Assembly: GCF_009914755.1 (NCBI RefSeq)
Contig: NC_060937.1
From: the human T2T-CHM13v2.0 reference genome, Homo sapiens
DNA length: 64,000 nucleotides
Direction: 5' to 3' (one strand)
The notes beneath the pieces are model-generated. The model was not told the origin of the DNA and did no database searches. It worked only from the letters and a program-made list of their open reading frames with translations. Shown piece after piece: positions 13,560 through 30,519 of this stretch (its first letter is position 1; each line of letters starts with the position of its first letter). The position numbers were made by a program, and so were the translations under genes.

Positions 13560-14890
13560 CTTTATTATACTTTAAGTTCTGGGATACATGCACAGAACGT
13601 GCAGGTTTGTTACATAGATATACACTTGACATGGTGGTTTACTGCACCCATCAACCCATCATCTACGTTAGGTATTTCTCCTAATGCTATCCCTCCCCTA
13701 ATCCCCCACCCTCCAACAGGCCCCAATGTGTGATGTTCTCCACCGTGTCTGTGTGTTCTCATTGTTCAAACTCCCACTTATGAGTGAGAACACGTGGTGT
13801 TTGGTTTTCTATGCCTGTGTTAGTTTGCTGAGAATGATGGTTTCCAGCTTCATCCATGTCCCTGCAAAGGACATGAGCTCATCATTTTTTATGGCTGCAT
13901 AGTATTCCATGGTGTATACGTGCCACATTTTCTTTATCCAGTGTATCATTGATGGGCATTTGGGTTGGTTCCAAATCTTTGCTATTGTGAATAGCACTGC
14001 AATAAACATATGTGTGCTTGTGTCTTTATAGAATGATTGATAATCCTTTAGGCATATACCTGTAATGGGATTGCTGGGTCAAGTGGTATTTCTGGTTCTA
14101 GATCCTTGAGGAATCGCCACACTGTCTTCTACAATGGTTGAACTAATTTACACTCCCACAAACAGTGTAAAAGCGTTCCTATTTCATCACATCCTCTCCA
14201 GCATCTGTTGTTTCCTGACTTTTTAATGATCACCATTCTAAGTGGCATGAGATGGTATCCCATTGTGGTTCTGATTTGCATTTCTCTAATGACCAGTGAT
14301 GATGACCTGTTTTACATACATTTTTTGGCCACATAAATGTTTTCTTCTGAGAAGTTTCTGTTCATATGCTTTGCCCACTTTTTGATGGGGTTGTTTTTTT
14401 CTTGTAAATTTAAGTGCCTTATAGATTCTGGATATTAGCCCTTTGTCAGATGGACAGATTGCAAAAATTTTGTCCCATTCTGTATGTTGCCTATTCACAC
14501 TGATGATAGTTTCTTTTGCTGTGCAGAAGCTCTTTAGTTTAATTAGATCCCATTTGTCAATTTTGGCTTTTGTTGTCATTGCTTTTGGCATTGTAATCAT
14601 GAAATCTTTGCCCATGCCTATGTCCTGAATGAGATTGCCTAGGTTTTCTTCTGAGGTTTTTATGGTTTTAGGTCTTAGATTTAAGTCTTTAATCTGTCTT
14701 GAGTTAGTTTTTGTATAACGTGTAAGGAAGGGGTCCAGTTTCAGTTTTCTGCATATGGCTAGCCACTTTTCCCAACACCATTTATCAAATAGGGAATCCT
14801 TTCTCCATTGCTTCTTTCTGTCAAGATTGTCAAAGGTCAGATGGTTGTAGATGTGTGACTTTATTTCTGAGGCCTCTAGTCTATTCCATT
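13560..14890 (-). mobile_element. 5'-truncated L1PA7-like LINE-1
   Basis: Antisense 3' end 'ttattatactttaagttctggg'; ORF2 C-terminal peptides on the minus strand; TSD-like tttacttc at 13552-13559 and 14889-14896. Confidence 0.95.
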
Positions 14891-15561
14891 TACTTCTTAT
14901 TCACTGGGAATTACTTCCTATTCAATCGCTGCACTTGCCATAATAACACAATGTTTACTTAATTATCCATAAATTGTTTAAAATTTTTTAATTACACAGA
15001 TCTATTTCCATTTCCCTTTAAGAAAATGGGGTAAAGGGTTTATATTAACTTAGCTCATATTTCTTTACTTTTTAACCAAAGTATAGTAAAAGATGAACAT
15101 TATTGTTAATTTAAATCTTACACATCTTTCCTTTTTTAAAAAAATACAAAATGGATGTCCTTAATGTACATTTCTATAACAACAAAAATCATGGTAAGGA
15201 TTAAGGAAAATCTGAGTCATACCTAACATACCATAAAAAATGTAACGTTGGTAAAAGAGACAATGAATAAACTAGAGAAAGCTGTTTGGGATTTAAATGT
15301 AATTCAAATTTATAAATGTAATAGAGTATATAATAAGTGTATGCGAACAAATGTGCATTATAATGTTAGAGTAAAAAAATGCTATTATCAAGAATCAGCT
15401 GAGAAAGTTGAAAAGCTTCACAAATTCTGTGTATTAACTTAAAGGGAATTCACATGGAATAGCATTGTACTTTTACCAAATGAAGTAAGTCAATTTCCTG
15501 AAGATAGTTAGGTGAAATGACTGATAGTGGTCAAAAAAATTTATCTGGTGAGTTATGTATT

Positions 15562-15877
15562 ATTTATTTATTTAGAGACAGAGTCTCACTATGTCTCCCA
15601 GGCTGGAGTGTAGTGGTATGATCTGGGCTCACTGCAGCCTCTGCCTCCTGGGTTCAAACAATTCTCCTGCCTCAGCCTCCTGAGTAGCTGGGATTAAAGG
15701 CATGGGCTACCACGCCCGGCTAATTTTTGCATTTTTAGTATTTTTAGTTTTTGCATTTTAAGTTTTGTATTTCACCATATTGGCCAGGTTGGTCTTGAAC
15801 TCCCAACCTCAAGTGATCCGCCCCGCCTCAGCCTCCCAAAGTGCTGTGATTACAGGAACCAGCCACTGTGCTTTGCC
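15562..15877 (-). mobile_element. AluS-type SINE (Sz/Sx-like) with a locally duplicated linker
   Basis: Both arms present; TSD ttatgtatt (15553-15561 / 15881-15889); linker carries repeated tttttgcatttt. Confidence 0.93.
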
Positions 15878-16269
15878 AAATTATGTATTTTTAAATTGGT
15901 ATGAGTAAATCAAAAACTGGATTTGTGTGTATGTTTATGTCTGTCTTTGTGTGTAGTACACTGTAAAATGAGACTATAAAATCTGGATATTTAAAATTAA
16001 AAATTAAGGATTCAAATAAAAAGGACAAGCTATATAGTAAGAATAATTTTATAATTCTGATTTTGACTGTCATAAAGCATTACGCTAACAATATTACTAC
16101 AACTGCTACTTCTACTAAGTAAACCAAGAGATATTAAAATGGGCCTGTTTCTTGATGGTGACATGGTATTTTGTTATCCACCAACACTCAATTGGGGTTA
16201 TACATTACTTTGTCTATCTGGCCTTCAAAATTATTTATGAACCTAATAATTTTATCTTGGTTCATAATA

Positions 16270-16398
16270 TGTTACTAGAATATAGAATTATATTACTATA
16301 TTCTCTATTATATTTAATTATATATTCTAATTATATATACTATATTCTACGTATTATATTCTATATTGCTAGAATACAGAATATATTAATAGAATAGA
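16270..16398. repeat. AT-rich low complexity (tatattct / agaatata units)
   Basis: Repeated short units in both orientations. Confidence 0.6.
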
Positions 16399-17094
16399 GA
16401 AACATCTTAGCATTTCCATCCTATCACAATGATGCTCACTCCCTGAAAGACCTCCTGTGCCCACGAGGCCCCGGTGCATTTTGAAGTTTTTGTTGTGATA
16501 ATCAATGGTCTGTTTTTGAGGCTGGTGTCAATGTTTAGTTCTTGGGCTGTTATGCAACTCTCAGTTTGGGTTGCTTATGTGGAAAACACAGAAATTTTGG
16601 TTTTGGAGATTACAACTCAACAATGCTGTATAATTTATCTTCCATTTGGAGGAATCAAAAATTTCAATGTAAGTGTTTTCTGTATTTTACACCTGAATTG
16701 ATAGTGACTTAAGGAAACTGAGATGAGACTATGGGGCCATACTTCCTTTGCTCATTATGTAAAGCTAAGGAAGTATTCATTGGTGTTTAGTCATTGCTAA
16801 AGCATCCTATTGTTCTGCACAGGTTGATTGTAATCAAAATAGCTTATAATAGGAAAGCACTGACTTAGCAGATAGTTGAACTGCTTTGATTATAGGAAAC
16901 AATGTCCCTCAGAAAGAAGTTAAAATACATCTGAACTTATATGAAGGAGTGTGATAGAATATTAAAATGGAAGATTGAGCTGAAACAAAAAATGTATTTT
17001 GAAATGAATAGATATTATAAAAATATTTCAATACATTTTATTTTCTTTATTAAAACTTCTGAAGCTAGGCTAGGCTGAGTTACAGAATATGGTA

Positions 17095-17420
17095 ACCACT
17101 ATTTCAGTTTCCCTTGGTTTTGGGCATAGCCAGATGAACAGGTTCTAGTAAATGGGATGAATCAATAACTGGAATTGTGTAGCTTCTGGAAAGTGTTCTT
17201 AATGGGAGATAACTTTTTTCTCCTCATTGCTGGATTTTCAGATTCTCACCCTGTAGACTTTTCATATGGTCTGAAGGCCGTTGTGCATTTTGTAGGTGTT
17301 ATACTAGTGGCCAGTTCCAGATGCAGATACCATTATGATTCCAGCCAATGAGGGTTATACTAGCGGAAGATGGAGTAGAGAGCTGGAAGAAACACAGATC
17401 TTTGATAAACCATTGATGTA
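17095..17420. mobile_element. Degraded LTR16-like (ERVL) LTR
   Basis: 'tatttcagtttcccttgg...ggttctagtaaatgggatg...gcttctggaaagtgttcttaatgggag' and 'gagctggaagaaacacagatctttgat' resemble LTR16 blocks. Confidence 0.5.
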
Positions 17421-20400
17421 GACTAGGTACCTTGTGACAAGACATATATCACATATTATGCCCCTACTTCATGTTTCTGGGAGATTGTGGCAGTTTCCTT
17501 CCAGCTGGGCTGCCTTTGGAAACCCTATCAGTTTCTCTCTGTCACTGTCTGCCTCTGTTTTTCTCTTACTCTTTTCCTTTCAGAACTCTTCAGTCCTAAT
17601 ACATACTTAGGGTTTTCTTTATTCCTTCTACATTTTCTGAACTCCCCCTTCCCAGATTCTGTGGTTGAGTAAATAATCTGGAATGTTTTGAAACACTTCT
17701 CAACAATTATTGCTGCCATTTTATATCCCCCAGAAGGGTTGATTTATTCATTGGAAACTTATTTAATAAGCTAATTTTAGTGAATTTATTATCAGCTGTT
17801 ATTGGACAACTATACATTAGTTTCTAGATAACATTATAATGCTTAGTCTTTATGTTCATTAAAAATAAAGGTCAGATTATATAGTGTGAACATTTTAGGC
17901 CATGGGGCTTATCAGCAGAGACAGTTAAATACCTCTCAAATTTTCACACAAGGCGGCTACATCTTCTGCCCATGTGTATGTCCAGAACGGCTATAAAATA
18001 GGTGCAAATTAATTAATAAATTTACAACATAAACTATCTTGCAAACAAACACACACATTGACCTTCACCTCAGGACAGTTATAACTCTATAAGTATTGAA
18101 TTCTCATACTTCATGTATATACTGTTTACTGTTATTGAGGAAAAAGTCAAAGAGAACTAGTCCTTGTTTTGCAAACTAGATGACAGGAGGAATACTCAGT
18201 TTACTGTGACAAAGTAGGCAATTCTAAGATAAATAGCTCCTAGCAATGCTTTGGAAGGGAAATTTTCCTTAGATGGTGGCTCTATAGAAACTCTGTGAAC
18301 AAACTGTTATATCTTTTACAAATCTGCCAGCTACTTTTTATGAGCTTCAGTTGCTCTTTATGACTATAATAAAAGGAGAGTAGAAGCCATGTGTATATCC
18401 AGTGGTCCCCCAAGCAAGCATCCTTATGCAGAAAATATAATGAGATCGTAGGATGTTCTTGCCCTTAAGCTGCTGGATGCTCTCTTAACTCTTGTTTTGA
18501 CACCATTTTATTGTGCCTATAATAATAAAGTACATGTGAAATACGTTTCACAGATTTCAGTATTGTTAATCTAATAATTGGCAACATAGTATGTCCACTA
18601 TCAACAAAGAACACACAAATCAATAAGGAAATGAAAATTTTAAATAATTCAAACATTCCATTGATATGCACCTTGTCATTTAGATATGTATTTGTTAACA
18701 GTGCAATACAATTATATATTTTAAAATAACTTATACCATTAAGCATACATTTGCTATTATAATTATTAAAGCACAGTTAAAATACCTTGTATATAAAAAT
18801 ATCAACTCATATTTTATAACAGTGATAGATTTGTAAATTTGTACCTTAAATTCTACATCAATGTGTTCTTTCATAATTTTAACCTCTCATAGACTTTTTA
18901 CTATAGTTTGCCATTAAAAAAGGAGATATAAACAATTTCAAAAAAATATTGTTTCATAGTCACTATATGTCATAACATATTGTTCAAAATGACATGTAAG
19001 AACTATGTTGAGTTTTAATTCCAAAAATTGTCATGGTTAGTTTAAAACTTTTATATTTTAGGTACAATGTGTCTTAATTGACTAATATTTGACTAACATT
19101 TCTTTGACATCTTGAGAACCCACAGCTACATTGTCTTCTTATGATTTGTTGACCTGTAGAAATTTATGATTTAAATTTTGAACTCTATCAAAATATATTT
19201 TAACCTTATTTTTCTTCATTTCAATTTTCTGTTTCTTTATATGTTTCCTTGGTGTTGTTTTTTAAAATCCTAGCAAACATAGTAATATGCATTTTTATGT
19301 CACTACAAACTTTTTCTGAATGATGTTCTGGTGTAATGCAAATAAACATGTAAGAATTCAGTGCATCTTAACTCAAAGCTATTTCTTTCTCTTCTGAGGT
19401 CAGCACCATGGTGTTTATTTCTCTCTACCTATGTCTTAATTTTTCATAAAATAAAATCTAAGCATAACAATTGATATAAAAGTAACTCTGTAGCATCCTG
19501 GTCTCCATTAAACAAATTTTAAATCCACATAGACAGAAAAGTTTTGCCTCCTTGTTCACCTTACCAACATCTATTTACTTCTCCTTTTCTTTCATAGTTT
19601 TAAGATTTAATTTTGACATCACTTAACTAAAGTTGTGACCTCATTTTGAGTGCAGTGTCCTGAGAACATTGAGTATTTTCTCTCATTGCTCTTATGTCTA
19701 CACAATTAGTACTTTCACATTATTGGATACATAAATATTGACTCAACCCATCGATATCACCTTTGCCAAAAATAAACAGCATTTATTTTGCTTTTCTGCC
19801 TTTTCACTATCTGTTGATTTTACATAGAAGCCCTCTTCATTCTCTAGTTTTCTTCATCTTACTTGTCATTTGGATCTTATCTCCTCTATCAACGCTTCAT
19901 CAATGTCCAAGATTTTTCTAACTCTTCATTCTTCTATACTACTACAGTCATTACCGGTTATGCTTTTCATCTGGCAGTTTGAACGTTCTTCATGTTGTTA
20001 TTAGTGTTGTTAATTGCTTAAAAACGTGTCCTGCATCCTCAACTAGGTTGAATACCCTGAAGAAAGAACTGGCTTTTAACTATGAGTTCACGGTTGATCT
20101 GGGAATGTTCTTATGTAGACCTATGAATCTCCTGAAATTATAGATAAGACAATGTATTTATGTACATTTCTATGTATACTTTTTTTTTGCAAAAACACAG
20201 TGGCTAGAACTCTATCAATTTAGCAAAGATATTCATGTGTAAAATCCATTGATCTAAAATAATAAAAATCATAGTTTGCACTTTTTTCTTCCATAAGGCA
20301 TGTAAGTCAAAAGTACTTGAGAAATATTTGTAATTGATTTCACAAACCTTAGGCTCTTAGTTGGAATCCCTGGGGTGATACTCCCTAGAAGTGTACAAAA

Positions 20401-20790
20401 ACCACAGCCAGACAACGACTAACAGACAAATGCAACCAAGCTATAAGTTAGCTCAAATCCATATCGGTCCTCTCTCCTATTGGGTTGTATTACTTATATT
20501 ATTTTTTAAGAATGATTTTACATATTTTATTTTCTCATGAGATATGTTACACATAGTAATTTTGTAAAATATATATGTATATTATAAGAAATACTTATGA
20601 AGAGAATATCCACATAAATACCATGAAGCTCAAGATCTGGATAATTGCCTGCAAAACAGAAGCACCCTGGAAGAACCTCCATATATAAATTTTCTTCTTT
20701 ACTCCTAGAGATGATATTCTTCCTAAATCTAGATATATTAACATATAAATAAACATTAAGATATGCCATGATTGCCGATGGAAAGATTCC

Positions 20791-21081
20791 TGTTGGGAAA
20801 AATACTATTCATGGGCCGCTCATGTTTCTGCATGTTATTCATTCAGAATCACAAACTCCATTTTTTCCTACTATTTTTTCAAAGTTGTTTGTGATTATAT
20901 TAATATAATAAACATCCCATGTAAAAAAGATAATATCTCCTTCTCAGGCAAGGGTTAGACAGCCTAATCTTTGCCCAGTATAAAGTATGTGTTCCCCAAG
21001 CCAGCATTCTTGAAACTGTGGCAGGCTAACTGGAGAGCTGACACGTAAAATAAAATTTCAGACCCTTCAGAGTTCTTGGCA
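20791..21081 (+). mobile_element. LTR40-like (ERVL) solo LTR, internally deleted
   Basis: tgttggg start and ...gacccttcagagttcttggca end; perfect 5-bp TSD attcc (20786-20790 / 21082-21086). Confidence 0.78.
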
Positions 21082-21136
21082 ATTCCACCTTATAAAGATA
21101 TTAAGTCTCCACAGATTTTTAAGTATATGCAGTATA

Positions 21137-22100
21137 ATTCCAATCATATCATATTTTTGTTGAATGTGACAAATGTATTCATTATATGCATATAAATGTA
21201 AAGAGAGTATATTAGGCAGAATATTTCTAAAGAAAAACAAGGTGGAAGGAGATTATCTATAAGCTAGCATAACTTTTTATATAGCTAAAGTGATTAAGAA
21301 AATGTGGAATTGGTACAAGCATTTGGAAATCAGATGCTGGAACAGAAAAGAGAGCCACAAAATAGATCTATAGTTATATGGACCCTTGATATATCAGAGA
21401 TATGTTGTGGTAGATAAATAAGGAAAGAACAGATATTTCAATAAATTGAGATACCACATTGTCATGTCTATATAAAAATAAAATTGAATTCTTATACAAT
21501 ATCATTTCCAAGGATTAATTCCATGCTTCTTTGAGAAAAATATAAAGATTTTAAGCAGTTGATATACCTGAATATTATCATGAACTTCTTTGGATTTGAA
21601 AAGAGTTTTTAAACGAGATGAAAAACAAAAATCATAAGGGAAAAGATTTCTAAATATGAATGTGTAATTTTAAACAGGATTCAAGACTGGTATAATTTAA
21701 AAAAATGATTATAGCAAGTGTTATTGGTTATACCATGTAGAAATGAAATGTCTTCTACTTTGCTGTAGAGGGTGTACAATGGCACAGTGACTTTGGCAAA
21801 CAGTTTGGCAACGTTGATGGTCCATGTATGGTATGACCCAGCAATTCCAACTCTAGATAGGTACTCTGAATAATCTTTAGTCTTTGCATATATACATCAA
21901 GGTGTCAGAAATGTTTGAGAGATTTGTTTATGAATACTCCAAACTAAAAATGACTCAATGACTATCAGCAGTAGGATGGAAAGTAAACTAGAGTATAGTA
22001 CGGCAATACTTTTTATAAATGGAACTAAGTGAAATACAGCTACATGCAACATAGATGTATCTCACAACATGTTTAAGAGAAAGAAGCTAGTGCAGGAAAA
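21137..22100 (+). mobile_element. Ancient L1ME-type ORF2 3' region and 3'UTR
   Basis: Degenerate ORF2 blocks (gtgattaagaaaatgtggaattggtac; tatgacccagcaattccaactctag). Confidence 0.7.
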
Positions 22101-23101
22101 AGGGGAATGGACAAGTCATCGATATAAACCAAACTTAGTGACAACTAAATGCTATTATATATGTATGAAATATAATTGATCACAGATAAGCTATTAAATT
22201 TTTCAGTCAATGGCGAAAGCTTTTAGCTCATGGTCAAATAGAAATGGCATTAGTGTGCATCTTTGTTTCATTCCTGATCTGAGGAAAAATAATATTTCCT
22301 GGTGAATATATTTGCTATTGGCTTTTGGAGGTAACTATTTTCAGGTTGTGGAAGTTTCACTCATTTCTGATTTCCTAAGAGCATTTTCCTTATTAATATG
22401 TATTGCAGTTAGTCAAAAGCTTTTTCTGCATTTATTGTGACAGACTATTTTTCTTATTCAACATCTCAGATAAATTACGATATTTGATTTTCTAGTGTAA
22501 AAATGAATTGAATTTAAACCAAGTAGGCTACAATGTATGTTTTGATCAGTTTGCTAATATCTTGCTTAATATTTCCACTGTGTTCTTGAATTAGTTACCT
22601 ATAATGACTTTTCCCTGCATTGTCTTCTCAATTATTGGTAAAGAGGTTATGTTATGTTAGCCTCAGAAAATGAATTGTGATATATTTTCTGTTTTGTTTA
22701 TACTCTGCAACAGTTTATAAGATAGTTCTGTTGCTTTTCCTTTAGCATTATTGAAGTTTGCAGGGGAAATTATATAGGCCTTCAATTTCTTTAGTGGCAA
22801 ATATTTTTAATATTGCTGTCATTGTATTCATATAATTGTTTTATAGTTAAATCATTATTTGCATCATGAATCATTAAATAGGCAACATTTATATTTTTTA
22901 TATGGCAAGGGTAAGGAGTTGAATTATTTTATAATTGAATTAATATATAAGAGTTGTAAGGTTTATGTGTTTTCTATTTCATCTATTTGTTATTTAAAGC
23001 TAAGTTTTTATTTCATGATAAAAATCATTCATAACATGATAGGTTTTATTTTTGGCAGAATCTGGTGCTAATGGCTGTTTATCATTCTGATTTTGGTTGT
23101 A

Positions 23102-23167
23102 TGTCTTCTACCTGATCAGCCTTCCTACACATGTTGTCTTCTACCTGATCAGCCTTCCTACACATGT
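23102..23167. repeat. Perfect 33-bp tandem duplication
   Basis: tgtcttctacctgatcagccttcctacacatgt x2. Confidence 0.97.
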
Positions 23168-23179
23168 ATCATTTTTGTC

Positions 23180-23231
23180 ACTTGAAACTAACAATATTTT
23201 AAAAGACTTGAAACTAACAATATTTTAAAAG
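23180..23231. repeat. Perfect 26-bp tandem duplication
   Basis: acttgaaactaacaatattttaaaag x2. Confidence 0.97.
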
Positions 23232-24124
23232 ATGTGTTTATTTATGCTTAGTTTTAGTTTCATTATATTATGCTCTGCTCTACATTGTAATATTTTTCCT
23301 ATTTTTAATTTACTTTGAACTCTTTCTGGTATTTTGAGTTGGATTATTTTTAACATATTTATTTTCAGTCTTTCTCTTTTATGATACACACACGAGATGC
23401 CACAGGTCTGTTATGTATGGATTTAGTTACATTACAATGTTTAGCTTTCATTTTAAAATATTTTCTATTAATTTCTATCATGATTTCCTCTTTGACCTGT
23501 TTTCTATTTAGAAGAATATTGAATATCACAACACATTAAGGCCTTGTCTAGACATCAGCATAATTATTTTTGGTGTCCTACAATTACTGCATACATTTTC
23601 AACCCTTGGAAGATTGTTGAAGTTGCATTATGATCCATTAAGTAATCAATATTTGTAAGATTGGTGTATTATAGGTGTAAGATGTAGTGATATTGGTCTT
23701 GTGTTTTATTGGATCTGTTAAAAATGTTCCATTATAATTATGAATTTGCATCTTTCTAGTTCTATCATTTTGATGTTTATGTATTGAAGTAATATTAATA
23801 GATTATCAATATAAATATTAATCAATACTATAATTTATATTCAAATATTAATATAAATATGAATGCATTAATTATGGTTTATAAATAATATTTAATGTGA
23901 TTAATAGGATAATTTGGAATTCTGTATTTTGGTACTAAAATATTACCCTCTTTAATTCACATTGTTTAAAGTCTCGCTTGTATATTAATAATATAACTTG
24001 TCTGTTGTGATATATCTGGAGACAGAAGGGCTCACATAAGGCATTCATATCTGTTTTTTTTTGTTTTTTTTTTTTTTTTTTAGCTCGAAACACAATCAGC
24101 GTAGAAAACGGGTAGGCATTTTTC

Positions 24125-24442
24125 TTTTTCTTTCTTTTTTTTTTTTTTTTTGAGACAGAGTCTCTCTCTGTCGCCCAGGCTGGAGTGCAGTGGCCGCGAT
24201 CTAGGCTCACTGCAAGCTCCGCTTCCTGGGTTCGTGCCATTCTCCTGCCTCCCTGCCTCAGCCTCTGGAGTAGGTGGGACTACAGGTGCCCGCCACCACG
24301 CCCGGCTAATTTTTTTGTATTTTCAGTAGAGACGGGGTTTCACCGTGTTAGCCAGGATGGTCTCGATCTCCTGACCTCATGATGCACCCGCCTCGGCCTC
24401 CCAAAGTGCTGGGATAACAGGCGTGAGCCACCGTGCCCAGCC
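24125..24442 (-). mobile_element. AluY SINE
   Basis: AluY diagnostics (gcaagctccgc, ccgtgttagccaggatggtctcgatc); 17-bp TSD acgggtag[g/a]catttttc (24108-24124 / 24443-24459); internal 8-bp duplication cctgcctc. Confidence 0.95.
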
Positions 24443-24634
24443 ACGGGTAGACATTTTTCAATAACATTAAAAAGTGATTTAGAAACCCAAAACTTATAGG
24501 AGTGAAATATTATGGTTATGACATACAATACATAGTCTAAGGAGTAAGACGAAAAGAGAAGATGTGAAATGAGTTTTTTCAAAAAATTTTGGCTTTGAAT
24601 GTGCTTTTCTGTACTGGAGAAGCTAGAAAGCAAT

Positions 24635-25000
24635 TTGTATGTCCAGGAGATGACAACTGCCCAAAAGAGACTTAAGTTTTCATCACTGGCTGATCTATAA
24701 GCTCAGTGTAAGAAGGAAGTAAAAGCTGAACCTGAGGCAGAATTACAAATGGCCCCCTTAAGTGTTAAAGGAGTGCCCTGGCACTGGGTCAATCCTCAAA
24801 GATTAAGCTCCTGACATTCAACAAAATACCTGTCAAAACACTGAATAAACAAAGGTAGCCTTCAACAATCAAGATAATCAAACCTTGAGAAAGAGAGATA
24901 ATCTGATATATAATGCTATCAAATTGTAATAGTCCAAAGTTCATTAAGAACGACCAGAAAAAAAAAAAAAAACTTAAGCTACAATGCATATAAAAAATAG
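24635..25000 (+). mobile_element. Old L1M4-type 5'UTR fragment (host element, continues at 26070)
   Basis: 'ctggctgatctataagctcagtgtaagaaggaagtaaaagctg...taagtgttaaaggagtgccc' resembles the L1M4 5' region. Confidence 0.6.
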
Positions 25001-25004
25001 TGTA

Positions 25005-26070
25005 GGCAAATAATTTCTGACTAAGCCCTGAAAAACAAAACACAAGCAACAAAACCAAAAATAAACAAATCACAGTAAAACAAATAATCAAGAGTTAACA
25101 GACAACCTGCAGATTAAAAAATATTTGCAAACAGTGCAACTGACAGAAGATTGATATTGAAAATTTATAAGGAACTCAAAGAACAACAACAACAAACCAA
25201 ATAACCCTATCATAAAGTGGGCAAAGAACATGCATAGATATTTTTCAAAGGAAGACATACAAATGGGCAACAAGAATATAAAGAATACTCAACACCACTC
25301 ATCATCAGAGAAGTGCAAATTAAAGCCACAGTGAGGTACCGGCTCACGCTAGTCAGAATGACTATTACTACAGAATAGAAAAATTATGTTGGCAAGGTAC
25401 ACAGTGAAAAAGAATGCTTATACACCATTGGTGGGATATAAATTAGTGCAAACTCTTTGAAAACCAGTGTGGAGATTTCTCAGAGGAACAAAAATAGAAC
25501 TACCATTCAGTCCAGCAATCTCACTGTGGGGTATCCCCCACACACACACACAAAAAGTTGTATTAAAAAATCCCTGCACGCATATGTTTATTGCAGTAAT
25601 ATTCACAATAGCAAAGACGCAGAATCAACCTAACTGTCCTTCAATGGATGAATAAAGAAAATATGGTATATATTATATAATTCACAAATACATATACACA
25701 CATAAAATGGAATACTATTTAGCCGTAAAAAGGAATAAAATGGTGTATTTTTTTTGGAGCAACATGGATGGAACTGAAATATCTTAAGTGAAACAACTTA
25801 AAAACTGAAATTCAAATATTGCATGGTCTCATTTATAAGTGGAAGCTAAATAATTTGCACAAATAGGCATAAAGTGTGAAATAATAGACATTGGAGACTT
25901 AGGTGACAGGGTGGGAGAATAGTAAGGGATGAGAAAATACTTAATGGTCACAATGTACATTATTTGTGTGACGATTACACTAAAATGCCAGACTTCACCA
26001 CTGCATCATATAGCCACATAACAAAACTGAAATTGTACCCCTTAAGTATATACAAATAAAAGAAAAAATA
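25005..26070 (+). mobile_element. L1PB4-like 3' fragment
   Basis: ORF2 C-terminal peptide (ORF 25467-25655); 3'UTR 'gggatgagaaaatacttaatgg...ccagacttcaccact...ttgtacccc'. Confidence 0.85.
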
Positions 26071-27100
26071 GATTGACAAAAACTGTCCACGAGAAATCAT
26101 AGGCACTTAACTTACTAAACAATAACTTTAAATCAACTATTTTAAATATGTTCAAGAACCTGAAGGACTAAATAACATTTTTAAAAAATGACTTATGAAC
26201 AAAATGATATTGTCAATGAAGAGATAGAAATGGTAGAAAGGAACCAAACAGACATTCTAGAACTAAAAAGTAAAATAACTACACTTTTTAAAAAATCACT
26301 AAATGGATTCAACAGTTTTGAGTAGATAGAAAAAAGAATCAGTGAAGATGAATATTGAACAACTGATAATACAATTTTAGTAGCAAAAATAAAAATGAAT
26401 TTTTTTAATGTGATTAGAATTTAAGTGACATTTGGGACAAGAGGACCAACCTACACTTTATAGGAGTCTCAGAAGAAGCGGAAGAAAATAGAAAAAATAT
26501 CTGAAGAAATAGTGGTCAAAACCTTCTCCAATCTGAAAATATGAACTGCATACCTAAGAAGCTAAAGAATCTCCAACTAGGACAATCTCAAAAAAATCAA
26601 CGGAGAGAAAGATTATAATCAAGTTGCCAAAGGAAAAAGAGAAATAGAGAATCTTCAAAGCAGCGAGAAAGAAGCAAATCCTCACATAGAAGGGATCCCC
26701 AGTAAAATTTATAGATGATTTCTCATCAAACATCATGAGGACCAGAAAGCAGTGGGATGACATATTTAAAGTTGTAAAAGAAAAAAAAAGAGAGACAATC
26801 AATAATTCTAAAACTTGCACAATTTTCTAATGTAAAACAATAATTTTATATCCATCTTGTTAAAGAATGAAAAAATAAATTAATGCATGCACAGATAAAC
26901 TAAATATAAGAGGGTTTATTATTGGTAGACCTGCCCTATAAATAACTTAGGCTGAAACAAAAGGACTCTAGACATCAACTTAAATTTGTATAATTTTTTA
27001 AAAAATGATAAGGTAATTACATATGTAAATTTAAATGGCAATATTACTAAACTTTGGGGTTGAAACTCCTCTTTATTTTCTATATGAATTTAAAGAAAAA
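26070..27100 (+). mobile_element. Old L1M4-type ORF1 region
   Basis: ORF1 blocks (gaaccaaacagacattctagaactaaaaag; gatttctcatcaaacatcatggaggaccagaaagcagtgggatgacatatt). Confidence 0.75.
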
Positions 27101-27104
27101 GCAC

Positions 27105-30512
<3,408 letters not shown>

Positions 30513-30519
30513 AAAACAC

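Larger units (their letters stand above)
22230..23990 (-). mobile_element. Ancient L1M ORF2 remnant
   Basis: Antisense ORF2 blocks (gcatctttgtttcattcctgatct; gctttttctgcatttattg; ttagcctcagaaaatgaattg). Confidence 0.65.

Noticed and set aside
16474-16701. 75-aa hydrophobic ORF containing an AAT|GTAAGT donor
   Set aside because: GTG start, no strong acceptor, no recognisable motif; hydrophobicity follows from T-richness
20298-20301. Possible 4-nt microexon (cttttttcttccataAG|GCAT|GTAAGT)
   Set aside because: AAG acceptor and extreme shortness; cannot be distinguished from chance without RNA data
23102-23231. CRISPR-like repeat lengths (33 and 26 bp)
   Set aside because: Two adjacent copies with no spacers, in primate DNA; simple tandem duplications
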